64,000 nucleotides of DNA from an uncultured Spirochaetia bacterium. Its GTDB lineage: Bacteria; Desulfobacterota_D; UBA1144; Nemesobacterales; CSP1-2. The notes under the pieces are model-generated. The model was not told the DNA's origin. It saw only the letters and a program-made list of their open reading frames with translations, and did not search any database. Position 1 is the stretch's first letter. The number at the start of each line of letters is the position of its first letter. Of the stretch, positions 27,649 through 37,493 are shown one piece after another. Where the stretch lies: NCBI GenBank assembly GCA_964636885.1, contig CAZWVA010000003.1:11678-75677 (forward strand). The letters run 5' to 3'. The translations under genes and the position numbers were made by a program.

Positions 27649-28098
27649 ATGAAACGGGTAATGCCTGCGGTTCTTTTTCTCTTTCTATACCGGGCGTTAT
27701 TCTCCCCTATAGACCACTCACAGGCTGAGGAGGGCAGGTACCAGTTGGTTATAGAGGAGAGCTACTATGCCGTAAGGTCGGAGGACGAGGACGGGTTTCT
27801 TGAGATTTATAGGACTAGGGTTTTTCCCTTCTGGAGGGAGATAAAGAAGATGGGTTTAATTGAGGGAGATATAGAGATGTATTCAGAGAGGATACACTCT
27901 CTGAAGCCCCGCTGGACGTTTAAGACGGTCGTCAGGTTTAAGAATTATGCGGCAATAGATAAGTGGCTAGAGAAAAGAGACGAGGTCTTTAACAGGCTAT
28001 TTCCGGGCGAGGGAGGGTATAAGGGGCTTAGCAGACGGATTAAAGCGATAACGGAGGAGCACTGGGACGAATTCATAAGGGAGGTTCCTCTTGAGTAG
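27649..28098 (+). CDS. Secreted hypothetical protein
   Basis: N-terminal signal peptide (MKRVMPAVLFLFLY...) with no recognisable domain. Confidence 0.45.
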   Translation: MKRVMPAVLFLFLYRALFSPIDHSQAEEGRYQLVIEESYYAVRSEDEDGFLEIYRTRVFPFWREIKKMGLIEGDIEMYSERIHSLKPRWTFKTVVRFKNYAAIDKWLEKRDEVFNRLFPGEGGYKGLSRRIKAITEEHWDEFIREVPLE

Positions 28099-28295
28099 CC
28101 GTCTAATCCCCTTACATTGACATAAGGTCGGTATTGGCCAGCGCCAAGCCACTTAAAAACCGTGGGAATGGCATTCGTGCGATATCCTGAATGAATCAAG
28201 GTCGAATGTCAGACTCTAGTAGTTCCAGACACTCGGTGAAAGACGTTTTAAAAATCCATTTTCAGATGCCCTCGTTATCTCGTTTTGGGATACCC

Positions 28296-29240
28296 CTACG
28301 GTACCTTTATCCCAGGAACGTTTACACGAATCCTGTAAATCGATGTATGGGCGGTGATGTAGAGACTCTTCCAATCGTCATCTCCCCAGGCGCAGTTGGC
28401 CGGCTTTTCAGGCGTAACTATGGTTCCCAGATGGTTGCCCTCTGGATCGAAGACCCAGATGCCTCTTGCTCCTGTGCAGTAAAGGTTCCCATTCGTATCC
28501 ACCTTCATGCCATCTGGCACGCCGGGTTCCTTGACGTTCATGTCGTGAAAGATCCTGCCATTTGAAAGTGAACCATCGGATTTCACGTCAAAGACACGTA
28601 TGTGACGGAGTTCGGAAGAATCTCCTATATAGAGCCTCTTTTCGTCGGGGGAGAATGCCAGGCCATTTGGTCTCTTAAAGTCTGTAGCGACAACTGTAAG
28701 TTCGCCTCCATCGGGCGAGAGTCGGTAGACCCCTTGGATGGGCTGTTCCTGACTTTCAGCCTTGATGCCATAGGGTGGGTCTGTGAAGTATATTGAGCCA
28801 TCGGACTTAACGACCGCATCGTTTGGACTATTAAGCCTCCTGCCCCGAAACCCATCGGCTAAAACGGTAATAGAGCCGTCCCTCTCAGTTCTGGTGATTC
28901 GGCGATTGCCCTGTTCACAGGCGATTAGTCGGCCTTCCTTGTCCCTGGTCAGGCCGTTTGAGTTGCCACTTGGCTCTCTCAATGTCTCTACTCGACCGCT
29001 CGGTGTTAGCTTAAGTATCCGATTTTCTGGTATATCGCTAAAGAGGAGGAACCTTTCCTCGGCAAACCATACCGGACCTTCTGTAAAACGAAATCCCGTA
29101 GCAATGCGCTCTGGCCTTGCGTCTTCGGGAAAGAGTCTTAGAAATGAGTGGAACTTTGGCTCTAGGCGACCCTTAGAGAGTGCTTTTCTCCTAATCCATC
29201 TTATGCCTCTAAGAATCCCTATCTTCACGGTAAGAACCAA
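28296..29240 (-). CDS. SMP-30/gluconolactonase/LRE-family β-propeller hydrolase
   Basis: Repeated propeller blades with the GLAFSPDEKRLYIGDS and PDGMKVDTNGNLY motifs characteristic of gluconolactonases. Confidence 0.8.
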   Translation of the reverse strand: MVLTVKIGILRGIRWIRRKALSKGRLEPKFHSFLRLFPEDARPERIATGFRFTEGPVWFAEERFLLFSDIPENRILKLTPSGRVETLREPSGNSNGLTRDKEGRLIACEQGNRRITRTERDGSITVLADGFRGRRLNSPNDAVVKSDGSIYFTDPPYGIKAESQEQPIQGVYRLSPDGGELTVVATDFKRPNGLAFSPDEKRLYIGDSSELRHIRVFDVKSDGSLSNGRIFHDMNVKEPGVPDGMKVDTNGNLYCTGARGIWVFDPEGNHLGTIVTPEKPANCAWGDDDWKSLYITAHTSIYRIRVNVPGIKVP

Positions 29241-29258
29241 GAATGGTTTATAGATCTG

Positions 29259-30449
29259 TTAGCCCAACCTCGGTACCTTTAATCTGCCGCTACTCAGCTC
29301 CTCAAAGAGCCCGTCGTATTCTCCACGATCAAGCGGAAGGTCAACTGTCTTTTTTCTAATCGCAGAGAGTACGATTGCGTTCATGAGTTCTAGGGTCTGC
29401 AACGTGTCTTCACCGCTTACCAGGGGTTCCCCTCCGTTAAGTATGGCGTCAATAAAGCTATCCATAAGTACGAAGAGCCCGTGGGGCCTTTTTATCCTGA
29501 GTAGACCGAGGCGCTCCATGAGCTTTTTCCATTTGGGCGGATCGCCAATGAGTTTAACAGGCATCCAAACGGTTTTGGGTTGATAGTGGTCGTCTTTTGG
29601 TTCCTTTACGATCGTAGAGAGAGGGGCTTCGTACCTGCCAAGGAGGATCCGGTCTTTACGGTCGAATGTCAGACTCTTCACATCCGGCATGACTATTATC
29701 CCCTTATCCCCGGCAATCTGGCGGATGCTATAGCCACTTGGTTGGTTAATGGTCGCTTGGACTGAGGCAAGGGCGCCCTGTTCAAACGCTATATTGGCGC
29801 AAAAGACGTCCTCTGTTTCTACCCCATGGAGTTGATTTCCCATGAGTGCGGTGACTCGAACGGGTTTGCCAATCATCCAGCAGATTAGGTCCAGATCGTG
29901 GCTTACATTATGAATCAGGATGCCGCCTCCGGCGTATCTCCAGGTTCCGCGCCAGGTATCGCGCTCATAGTAATCCCCTGGACGAAACTCGGCCCAGGAC
30001 CACAAAACGCGCTTAACCTTTCCAATGACCCCGGTGTCAATAATGTGCTTCATCGTACGGGATGAACGAAAGGTGCGGTATTGATGCCCGACTGAGAGTT
30101 TGAGGTTCTTCGCCTTTGCCAACCGAGCTATCTTTTCGGCCTCCGAGATGCAGATAGCAAGAGGCTTCTCGACAAAAACGTGAACCCCGGCGTTAAGGCA
30201 GTCCAAAACCATAGGGGCGTGAAGGTAGTGTGGTGTCGCAATTGAAACGGCATCAACGATCCTGGCTTCAAGCATCTTGCGATAATCGGTAAACCCTGGT
30301 ACCCCGAGTTCTTCTGTTCTCTTCTTTAAAATCCCCTCATCCAGGTCGGCTAGGGCGGTTAGCTCCGCCTTCTCGTTTTCTTGGGCAAAACAGGCATGCA
30401 GGTTGCCTATGCCTTTAATCCCGATTACTCCGTATCTTACCTTTCTCAT
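29259..30449 (-). CDS. Gfo/Idh/MocA-family NAD(P)-dependent oxidoreductase
   Basis: N-terminal Rossmann region (VRYGVIGIKGIGNLH), the EKP motif (VFVEKPLA) and a C-terminal α/β domain. Confidence 0.85.
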   Translation of the reverse strand: MRKVRYGVIGIKGIGNLHACFAQENEKAELTALADLDEGILKKRTEELGVPGFTDYRKMLEARIVDAVSIATPHYLHAPMVLDCLNAGVHVFVEKPLAICISEAEKIARLAKAKNLKLSVGHQYRTFRSSRTMKHIIDTGVIGKVKRVLWSWAEFRPGDYYERDTWRGTWRYAGGGILIHNVSHDLDLICWMIGKPVRVTALMGNQLHGVETEDVFCANIAFEQGALASVQATINQPSGYSIRQIAGDKGIIVMPDVKSLTFDRKDRILLGRYEAPLSTIVKEPKDDHYQPKTVWMPVKLIGDPPKWKKLMERLGLLRIKRPHGLFVLMDSFIDAILNGGEPLVSGEDTLQTLELMNAIVLSAIRKKTVDLPLDRGEYDGLFEELSSGRLKVPRLG

Positions 30450-30455
30450 GTTTTT

Positions 30456-31226
30456 CTATTCGGGTGGAATCTGGTCAACGAGATGGTTATATAGTGATAG
30501 CCCCGCATCTATCTTAAGCACCGTTCCTGTGGTGAATCTCGAAAAGTAGTCGGATGATAGATAAACTGCCGCCCTTCCTATATAACAGGGGTTTATCGAG
30601 CTCTTGTACAGAGGGGTGTATTTATGGCTTATGGGTTTTCCCCTCTTATCCTCTTCCACATAACCGGGGGCTATTCCATTCACCCTTATGTTATAAGGGG
30701 CCAGCTCTAGAGCGAGTTCTTTTATGATCATCCCCAGTGCGGCTTTTGAAGCGCTGTAGCTAGGAAAGCGTCTAACGGTCCATTGATGGATGGAGGTGAT
30801 AAACACTATGGAGCCGCTGATACTGTTATCTATCATGGTTTTTGAGATACGTTTTGTTAGGTATATAGGACCAAATACGTTCGTATCAAAGACCCTATTC
30901 CATTCTTTTAAATCGAGGTCTTTTATCGTTCTTGCCCCGAGATGGATACCCACGTTGTTTACCAGTATATCGATCTCAATCCGGTCTTGTAGTAGAGAGT
31001 CATACAAAGAATCAACGTCTTCTACCCTCGATGCGTCTGAGATAAATCCTTTTGATACAACCCGATAATCGCCTAGTTCTCGCTTTAATTGGTCACATCT
31101 CTCTCTATCTATGTCTGTAAAGAATACGTTTGCCCCCTCTCTTGCCATTTCAACGGCAATGGCTTTGCCTATGTTTCTCCCGGCTCCGGTTATAAGGGCG
31201 TTTTTCCCCGACAGTAGATTCCCCAT
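30456..31226 (-). CDS. Short-chain dehydrogenase/reductase (SDR)
   Basis: TGAGRNIGKAIA glycine motif, the NNVG motif and a YSASK catalytic Tyr-Lys. Confidence 0.85.
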   Translation of the reverse strand: MGNLLSGKNALITGAGRNIGKAIAVEMAREGANVFFTDIDRERCDQLKRELGDYRVVSKGFISDASRVEDVDSLYDSLLQDRIEIDILVNNVGIHLGARTIKDLDLKEWNRVFDTNVFGPIYLTKRISKTMIDNSISGSIVFITSIHQWTVRRFPSYSASKAALGMIIKELALELAPYNIRVNGIAPGYVEEDKRGKPISHKYTPLYKSSINPCYIGRAAVYLSSDYFSRFTTGTVLKIDAGLSLYNHLVDQIPPE

Positions 31227-31304
31227 ATCTAAATCCCTCCTGCGGTCTTATCGATCTCGGTTTTCTTTCCGTATATCCATAAATGTTAAGGTGGATCACA
31301 AGCG

Positions 31305-32093
31305 TTAGCCCCTGGTTTTTATTCCACCAATTGATGCCAGGAAGCGGAGCATCCTCTTCAACTTTATGACGGAGCGTAAGCGGTAAAATCCTTCAACTAG
31401 TGATACAGATAGCCGTTTGGAATAAGACATGGGTGGTATGACAAATGCCTCGCCGAGTTTAGGGGAAAATCTCACCGGGATTTCAGCTTGAATGGTTTCT
31501 TTATATGCCTGTTTAATTTCATCTGCTAATCGAGGAAAGCCAAGCCTTTCAGCGAGTTCCACTATTACGGGGTTGTTTGTTAAGTACCGCCGTCGCCCGA
31601 TGTCATCGTAGTAAAGGACATCGAGATCCAGTAGGTGTTCCAGGTGGTCTGCTAAACGTATTAGAACCGTATTACGGTCAATCGGGTTTAGTTTATTAAT
31701 TCCGTCACAGATGGCCTTGATCGTCTGCGGGTTCCATCTGAGTGTCGCGAATCTGGCGACGTGCTCTTCGACTGTCTTACCAACAGAGTGCTCTACGTAT
31801 CTACGCTTGGCTTTAGAGATTCCTCTACCCCCAAACCCAAAGTCACCATTTTGGTAAACGTTATGGATAAGACCTGCCGCCACCACTTGGGCTGGTAGTC
31901 CTAGTGAGGCGAGTATGCTGGCAGTGCCTACGCAATGGGATAAGAAGTCCTTTCCAGAAGGTTGAAAGCGACAGGAAAAGAGTGACATCGCAAGCTCATA
32001 TGTATTTCGGATAAGGATCATTTCGGTATTTGAGTAGCCGCTTTGCTGGAGCTGGCTGTAAAGCCGTACGATCGTTTGTGCGTAAGGGTGCAT
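31305..32093 (-). CDS. Hypothetical protein, tandem paralog A (possible degenerate HD-like fold)
   Basis: About 40% identical to the adjacent ORF 32135..32905. Both share the MHPYAQT...L..QL...GYS and SH.VGTASILASL...AGL(I/L)H..Y..GDFG motifs. No family is recognised. Confidence 0.45.
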   Translation of the reverse strand: MHPYAQTIVRLYSQLQQSGYSNTEMILIRNTYELAMSLFSCRFQPSGKDFLSHCVGTASILASLGLPAQVVAAGLIHNVYQNGDFGFGGRGISKAKRRYVEHSVGKTVEEHVARFATLRWNPQTIKAICDGINKLNPIDRNTVLIRLADHLEHLLDLDVLYYDDIGRRRYLTNNPVIVELAERLGFPRLADEIKQAYKETIQAEIPVRFSPKLGEAFVIPPMSYSKRLSVSLVEGFYRLRSVIKLKRMLRFLASIGGIKTRG

Positions 32094-32134
32094 ATTTCAC
32101 CTTCCTAATTAGTAGCCGGATGGTTGTAAGGCGT

Positions 32135-32905
32135 TTATCTCATCTTATAAAATGACTTGCGTAATCGGCTAAGCCCCTTAAGAAATATGCCGTTTAGGTA
32201 CATAGGCAGCCTTTTTTGATATGACTTTGGTGGAATCAGGTGTGCACGATCGGGTCGGTTTATACTACGGAGTTCCTCGGTAATCTCGGCTGAAGCGGTC
32301 TCTCCTAGTACCCGTGTCAGTTCGGAGGCCAGAATGGGGAAGCCCAATTTTTCTGCCATATCCACCATGATGGGGCCACAACGTTCCAGATAGGGTTTCC
32401 GCCTCTCGGCGTTTGAGCAGTAGAGGGCACCTAGGTTCAGGTTGTCCTCTAACTCATTTGCGAGGCGTATTAAAAGGACATCCCGGTCAATCGGAGAGAG
32501 CCTATCTAGTCTATCCCGAATGGCGGGGATCTCCTTTAAGCTCCATTTGAGCCCTGTGTACCTGGCGATGTATTCTTCCACCTCTTCACCAGCGGTGTCT
32601 CTTATCACTTTCCGTTTTATGTTGGAGAGGGGGCTTATGGTTATGATGCCAAAATCGCCATGAATATAGGCGGCATGGAGTAGGCCAGCAGTTACCAGAT
32701 TTATCGGTACGCGAAGGGAGGCTAGTATGCTGGCTGTTCCTACCAGGTGAGATACGAACGTATTGCCGGAGGGACGGTAGAGTCCTGTAAAGAGGCGTAT
32801 CGCAAGGCTATAGGCATTAAAGACCAAGCCGATTTCCTCTTTTGAGTAGCCCTCACGGAGGAGCTGGTTATAGAGCTGGATGTTTGTCTGGGCGTAAGGA
32901 TACAA
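32135..32905 (-). CDS. Hypothetical protein, tandem paralog B
   Basis: Paralog of 31305..32093 with the same conserved motifs. Confidence 0.45.
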   Translation of the reverse strand: MYPYAQTNIQLYNQLLREGYSKEEIGLVFNAYSLAIRLFTGLYRPSGNTFVSHLVGTASILASLRVPINLVTAGLLHAAYIHGDFGIITISPLSNIKRKVIRDTAGEEVEEYIARYTGLKWSLKEIPAIRDRLDRLSPIDRDVLLIRLANELEDNLNLGALYCSNAERRKPYLERCGPIMVDMAEKLGFPILASELTRVLGETASAEITEELRSINRPDRAHLIPPKSYQKRLPMYLNGIFLKGLSRLRKSFYKMR

Positions 32906-33068
32906 GATTCCCTCCTGTGTCTTGTCCTAACTTGAGTTTAAAGGCATTCTGGAATCGTAGTATTAGAATCTTTCAGGTAGGATTTAGTATAAAACCCATC
33001 CATCGTTTTCCTCTCCCCAGCTTATTCGGCGTAACATGGGGCATTTGAATTCAGATTCCCAAGAATCG

Positions 33069-34724
33069 CTAGTTTGGGCCTAAATTATTCCCTTTCCGCT
33101 TAAAGATCGAGACCTCAGAGCCATCGGGTTCGTAAAACGTTTTTAAGAGCTTGAAACGATCTATATGCGAATAGAAGAACCCATTCATGTCGTCTACGGA
33201 TTTCTGGAAGGGGGTTATCACTATATTTGATGGGTTCTTGGTCAATATGTAGTCGTATATGCCGAATCTCTCAACAAACTCCTTAAGGGCTGTGCCCTTG
33301 TAATTCTCTAGCTTTATGACGTTTAACGAAAGCCCTCTCAGAGCGGCATAGTAACGGATCGTCTGGCCGTTTATGTATTGATGATCTGGTATAACGCCCA
33401 GGTACATAGGGATTCGAGTGGAATCGTGGGCACCCTCTTTCATATCCCTTTCAAGAACGGAAACCATTTCATTAATCTGCCAGTTCCCTCTTGAACTACC
33501 GAGTATGGAGTCTCTTAACCTCAAATCCTCCCTGAAAAAGAATAAGGCAAATAGAATCGAGAAAATAGAGATGGCATATCTGTTGGGTCTTATGGATCCA
33601 TCAGAAACCCTGATTGTTGCGATTCCAATGACGCAAAAAGATATGATGAGAGAGATCGGGACCAACCACGGCATCATGTATCTAGGCTGTTTATTCTGGA
33701 TAACGAATGTAAAGATGATATAGGGAACGATCGTCCACACGAGAAGAAAGGTCTTGTATCTATTCCTGGAAAAGACGAGCATCACCGATCCTATGGTAAA
33801 AACGATAAAACCGAAAGGGGTTATCATATCCCTCCATAAGGCAACAGGATAGAACGAAGCGGAGTCGAAAGAGAAAGGGGAGTCTGGACCATGCGCCAGG
33901 GCTCCTTGGGAAAATCTCATGGTTTCTCCTATAAGGTCTGGTAGAATCGGGAGGTAGTAGGGGCCAAAAGTGGCGATTGAGGTAAAGGTGAAAAGAGCCA
34001 TGTTCATGAGTGTTTTCCTTAGGTAAAACGGTTCCTTGGGATCCTTTTCTTTAGTGCCTTCCAGATTAAAAGCCGTAAGTGCCGAGCAAACTATCGGCCC
34101 CAAAACGAAGAAGAGAAGTGTCCACTTTGTGAGCATTCCGAGACCGAAGGAGAGGCCGGAAATAATGGAGAGGGTTCTATTCCTGAAATAGTCGGATCTT
34201 AGAATAATAAAAACGCAAAGAGCGACCATGGCAGTCAGGGGGAGATCAAGGTAATAGATCACGCTGTGCTCAAGGACTATTGGAGATAACAGGATTATGA
34301 AAGAGGCGAGTAGCCCGGTGTTTCTATTAAATACCAGTGTTCCTATTTCGTATGTGGAAAATACAAGGATGGGAAGAAAAACCGTGTTTGACATAGTTGC
34401 TACCCTTTGGGATGTTCCGAATATGGAGTAAAGAGGGGATGTTAATACCGCTACCAACGGGGGATAGTATCCCGAAGGGCGAAGGAGTGGATACCTTTCG
34501 GACTTATTCATAATGTCTTTAATGATTTCAAGGTTTATTTGAGAGGGATTAGTGAGTATATTGTAAAACACAAGGCTGTCCCTCAGGTGAACCGCCTCAT
34601 CCCACTTCGGCGGTTCGGAGTCCAAACCGGTTAGGTGATACATGTTGATTCCATAGAGAGAGAGGGTGAATAAGAGAAGTGTGTAATCTATAAGCCACCT
34701 TCTAGAGGTGGTTTTATCCTTCAT
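33069..34724 (-). CDS. GT-C fold glycosyltransferase, ArnT/PMT-like (GT39/GT83-type)
   Basis: More than 10 TM helices and an N-terminal first-loop DEAVH acidic motif typical of ArnT/PMT-family enzymes. Confidence 0.7.
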   Translation of the reverse strand: MKDKTTSRRWLIDYTLLLFTLSLYGINMYHLTGLDSEPPKWDEAVHLRDSLVFYNILTNPSQINLEIIKDIMNKSERYPLLRPSGYYPPLVAVLTSPLYSIFGTSQRVATMSNTVFLPILVFSTYEIGTLVFNRNTGLLASFIILLSPIVLEHSVIYYLDLPLTAMVALCVFIILRSDYFRNRTLSIISGLSFGLGMLTKWTLLFFVLGPIVCSALTAFNLEGTKEKDPKEPFYLRKTLMNMALFTFTSIATFGPYYLPILPDLIGETMRFSQGALAHGPDSPFSFDSASFYPVALWRDMITPFGFIVFTIGSVMLVFSRNRYKTFLLVWTIVPYIIFTFVIQNKQPRYMMPWLVPISLIISFCVIGIATIRVSDGSIRPNRYAISIFSILFALFFFREDLRLRDSILGSSRGNWQINEMVSVLERDMKEGAHDSTRIPMYLGVIPDHQYINGQTIRYYAALRGLSLNVIKLENYKGTALKEFVERFGIYDYILTKNPSNIVITPFQKSVDDMNGFFYSHIDRFKLLKTFYEPDGSEVSIFKRKGNNLGPN

Positions 34725-35428
34725 GATCGTTTCCGAGTCCGGGTTGCCTCAAGATATATCATTCCCTCTTTAATGCCTCCTAGGAACCCACCCAAGACGT
34801 ATGCGCCGTCGGCGATATAACGGATTCCTGAAAATAGAATCGATTTAAAGGGCTTCCTGGGATCGAATCTAATCCCGAAGTACCAGATAGAGGCTAGGAT
34901 AGATATCAAAAGGGTTAGAATAGCGGGTTTATAGAGTGTGAGTAAGAAGGCGATAACGGCGATTAGGAGGCTAAGATGCATGAGATGATAGCTGCTTAAG
35001 AAGATCATTCCATAAACCGGAAAAGGTATATCCAGAACACGTGCAATCCCAAAGGGGTTTTTATTACTCGGAGATAGGTCATAGCGGTATAACTGGAGCC
35101 GGCGTCTCTTCATGTGTTTCTTAAAGAGATAAGCATGGCCGTAGCCATAGTTAAACCACTGCTTAAGGAGTCCCCCCAGGGTGTAACGGTGAAAATGCGT
35201 GATCTTGGCGGAGGGTTCAAACCAGAGTTCGTATCCTGCCTTTGCGACCCGTATTGAGAGGTCTATGTCCTCTCCGGTACTGCATTTGGGATCGAATCCT
35301 CCCGTCTTTAGAAGGGCCTCCCTTCGGAATGCGGCGTTGGCGGTTGCAAAAAAGGGATGAAAAACCCCTATACCCTCCTTCGGAAGGTATCCCTTCTGAT
35401 AGCCACTCTTTGTTATATCGATTATCAA
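34721..35428 (-). CDS. Glycosyltransferase family 2, C-terminal portion (acceptor/QxxRW-like region plus TM tail)
   Basis: Contains GGFDPKCSTGEDIDLSIRVAKAGYE, the GT2 post-DxD region, and C-terminal TM helices. Its ATG overlaps the stop of the upstream GT2 fragment (ATGA). Confidence 0.55.
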   Translation of the reverse strand: MIIDITKSGYQKGYLPKEGIGVFHPFFATANAAFRREALLKTGGFDPKCSTGEDIDLSIRVAKAGYELWFEPSAKITHFHRYTLGGLLKQWFNYGYGHAYLFKKHMKRRRLQLYRYDLSPSNKNPFGIARVLDIPFPVYGMIFLSSYHLMHLSLLIAVIAFLLTLYKPAILTLLISILASIWYFGIRFDPRKPFKSILFSGIRYIADGAYVLGGFLGGIKEGMIYLEATRTRKRS

Positions 35429-35886
35429 TTGTTCTCCTCCTCAAGGCGTCCCATTCGCATGAGTGTTTCGGAGACGCAGAATTCCTCGACCAGGCTTCCG
35501 GTTCTTTCCGATGAAAGGATCTCACCACCTACGGCCCCTATATGGGGATTATAATAAAAGGGATTTACCATGTTTTCCACCCAGCGGGGGTCTGCTTCGC
35601 AGTCATCGTCTGTAAAGAGGATTATATCTCCACTTGCCTCTTGAATCCCACGGTTACGCGCTGCGGGGATACCGGGGGTCGTTTCCACGACAGTCCTAAG
35701 AGGTAGGAGTTTCCTGAATTCATCGAAAACGGGTTCATAGCTCTTTGTCGAATTGTTATTAACAACGATCACCTCATCGGGCATGAGTGACTGTACGGTC
35801 AAAGAACGAAGCATGGTTCTAAGGTTCTCAGGACGATCCTTGGTAACAATGACTACGGATGTCTTTAGTCGCTTTGTGCCACTCAT
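35425..35886 (-). CDS. Glycosyltransferase family 2, N-terminal nucleotide-binding portion (DxD)
   Basis: SVVIVTKDRPENL...ARNRG...ILFTDDDC is the canonical GT2 N-terminal half including the DDD motif. It terminates after about 150 aa and the remainder is encoded by the next ORF. Confidence 0.6.
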   Translation of the reverse strand: MSGTKRLKTSVVIVTKDRPENLRTMLRSLTVQSLMPDEVIVVNNNSTKSYEPVFDEFRKLLPLRTVVETTPGIPAARNRGIQEASGDIILFTDDDCEADPRWVENMVNPFYYNPHIGAVGGEILSSERTGSLVEEFCVSETLMRMGRLEEENN

Positions 35887-37493
35887 AAGTTAATCCCTTT
35901 TAGATATTGGATTGCAGGTGGTATGAGTCTGGCAATCTCCATCCTTTTCCCTTCGAGTTCGTTCCTATAGGCGTCGCTCAGGTTCTTCAGTTGATCGGGA
36001 AGGGGAATACCCCAATTGACCAACGCCCGCTTAACGGCCTGCAGGGTAAGGGGGTAGAAGATCTCGCCCCTTTCTACGGAACGGTTCATGAGAACGAGTT
36101 GTACCGTCTTCCAGAAGACCCGAAGAAAATCTAGGCTATTCAGTTTGTAGATCGATGGGTTTTCAAGCAGTTCATAAAAGAGCGTCCTTTCCTCCCGGAA
36201 GAAATGCTTGACAAGGGGCGTCCAGACTGAGGCGACGCTCGGCTTATAGTCTCCTCCGTCAAGGGTAAATTCGGGTCTACCGAGCAGTTCGAATAGATCC
36301 GGGTTGCAGGGTGGAGAGAGTATCGACTGCCAGCTTTTCTTTAGATCATCCGGGTGAGTCTCAAAGGCGGCGTTTTGGAGTAGAAGGAATAGTCTGATTC
36401 GGGATCTCAGGCCGGCATGGGCGTTTAGGTGAAAGAGGTTAAGCGCGGTAATCTCATGGACGGTTGGGACCCTTTTGGGGTCTATCTCTATCATAAGCAA
36501 GAGTTCGTCAAGGTTAAAGTAGGAACTCGAAACCAGATAAGCTCCCCTGTAGGAGTGTGTCCACCTCTCTTTCACGTAGCCGACTAACCGCTTGATATGC
36601 GTGTTTTCTTCCTCGCCTAAGAGGAGCTCTTCTTTTGGACAGTCAACCATCTGGGTTATGTTCTTAAGTGGTCTAGAGTAGGGGTGGTCCTGGAATTCCC
36701 CGTAAAAGCGGTCTAGGAAGAGGATGATAAAATCCTTAGTCTCATCTACGATGCCTACGTCGTCAATACGGAAGCGTTTCTCTTCCATGTTCTCTAGCTT
36801 CTCTAGAAATTCCCTATCTTTTCCGCTAAATAGCGCCTTGGATCTTTCGATGGTCTCTCTTCTATCGAATGTGAGAGTGCTTTGGTTCAGGGCCAGGTTC
36901 ATTTTTAGGATTTCACTAACGGCCTTGTAGCAGATATTATTTCTAGTTAAGGCTTCTTCTCCGTATTTTCTAGCTTGGAATAGCCTCCAGGCAAAGAGCG
37001 ACCACCATACCTTGATCTCGGTGTAAAAACCTCCATACATCTTCTCAACAGGAAGCGCCGGGAGCTCTTTTAGGTAGTCTTTTCCGTAAAGGAGCTTCCA
37101 GGTCTCTTTTCCCTCCATAAAGCGGTACTGAAAATAATCGTTGGTTTCGTAGTGCTTATAAAGCGTCTCTTCATCATAGACTTCGAGTGTTTGATCAAGA
37201 AGGGTCGTAATCTTTGCGAGTGTGTTATAGTCGCGAAACAGTTCTTTCTTATCTTCTTCGTTTGTTTTTTCTCCAATCACAGCAAAGTCTATATCGCTTA
37301 TAAGGGGCAATATCTCTCCTTTTGCACCTCCCCGTCTCAGGTAAACCGATTTAATAAACGGATACCTCTTAAATACACGAAGCGTCATATGGATCACTAT
37401 TCCATAAAAAAGCCGGTATATCTGAAGAAAAGGTGGAAACGAGGTTGCCAAAACGAATCTCCTTATAAGTAGCTTGAGGGAGACCATTTTCAT
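35883..37493 (-). CDS. Hypothetical protein with an N-terminal Pol-beta-like nucleotidyltransferase domain
   Basis: RRGGAKGEILPLISDIDFAVI is the minimal NTase GS...DhD motif. The large C-terminal region is uncharacterised. It is translationally coupled to the GT4 gene. Confidence 0.45.
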   Translation of the reverse strand: MKMVSLKLLIRRFVLATSFPPFLQIYRLFYGIVIHMTLRVFKRYPFIKSVYLRRGGAKGEILPLISDIDFAVIGEKTNEEDKKELFRDYNTLAKITTLLDQTLEVYDEETLYKHYETNDYFQYRFMEGKETWKLLYGKDYLKELPALPVEKMYGGFYTEIKVWWSLFAWRLFQARKYGEEALTRNNICYKAVSEILKMNLALNQSTLTFDRRETIERSKALFSGKDREFLEKLENMEEKRFRIDDVGIVDETKDFIILFLDRFYGEFQDHPYSRPLKNITQMVDCPKEELLLGEEENTHIKRLVGYVKERWTHSYRGAYLVSSSYFNLDELLLMIEIDPKRVPTVHEITALNLFHLNAHAGLRSRIRLFLLLQNAAFETHPDDLKKSWQSILSPPCNPDLFELLGRPEFTLDGGDYKPSVASVWTPLVKHFFREERTLFYELLENPSIYKLNSLDFLRVFWKTVQLVLMNRSVERGEIFYPLTLQAVKRALVNWGIPLPDQLKNLSDAYRNELEGKRMEIARLIPPAIQYLKGINL

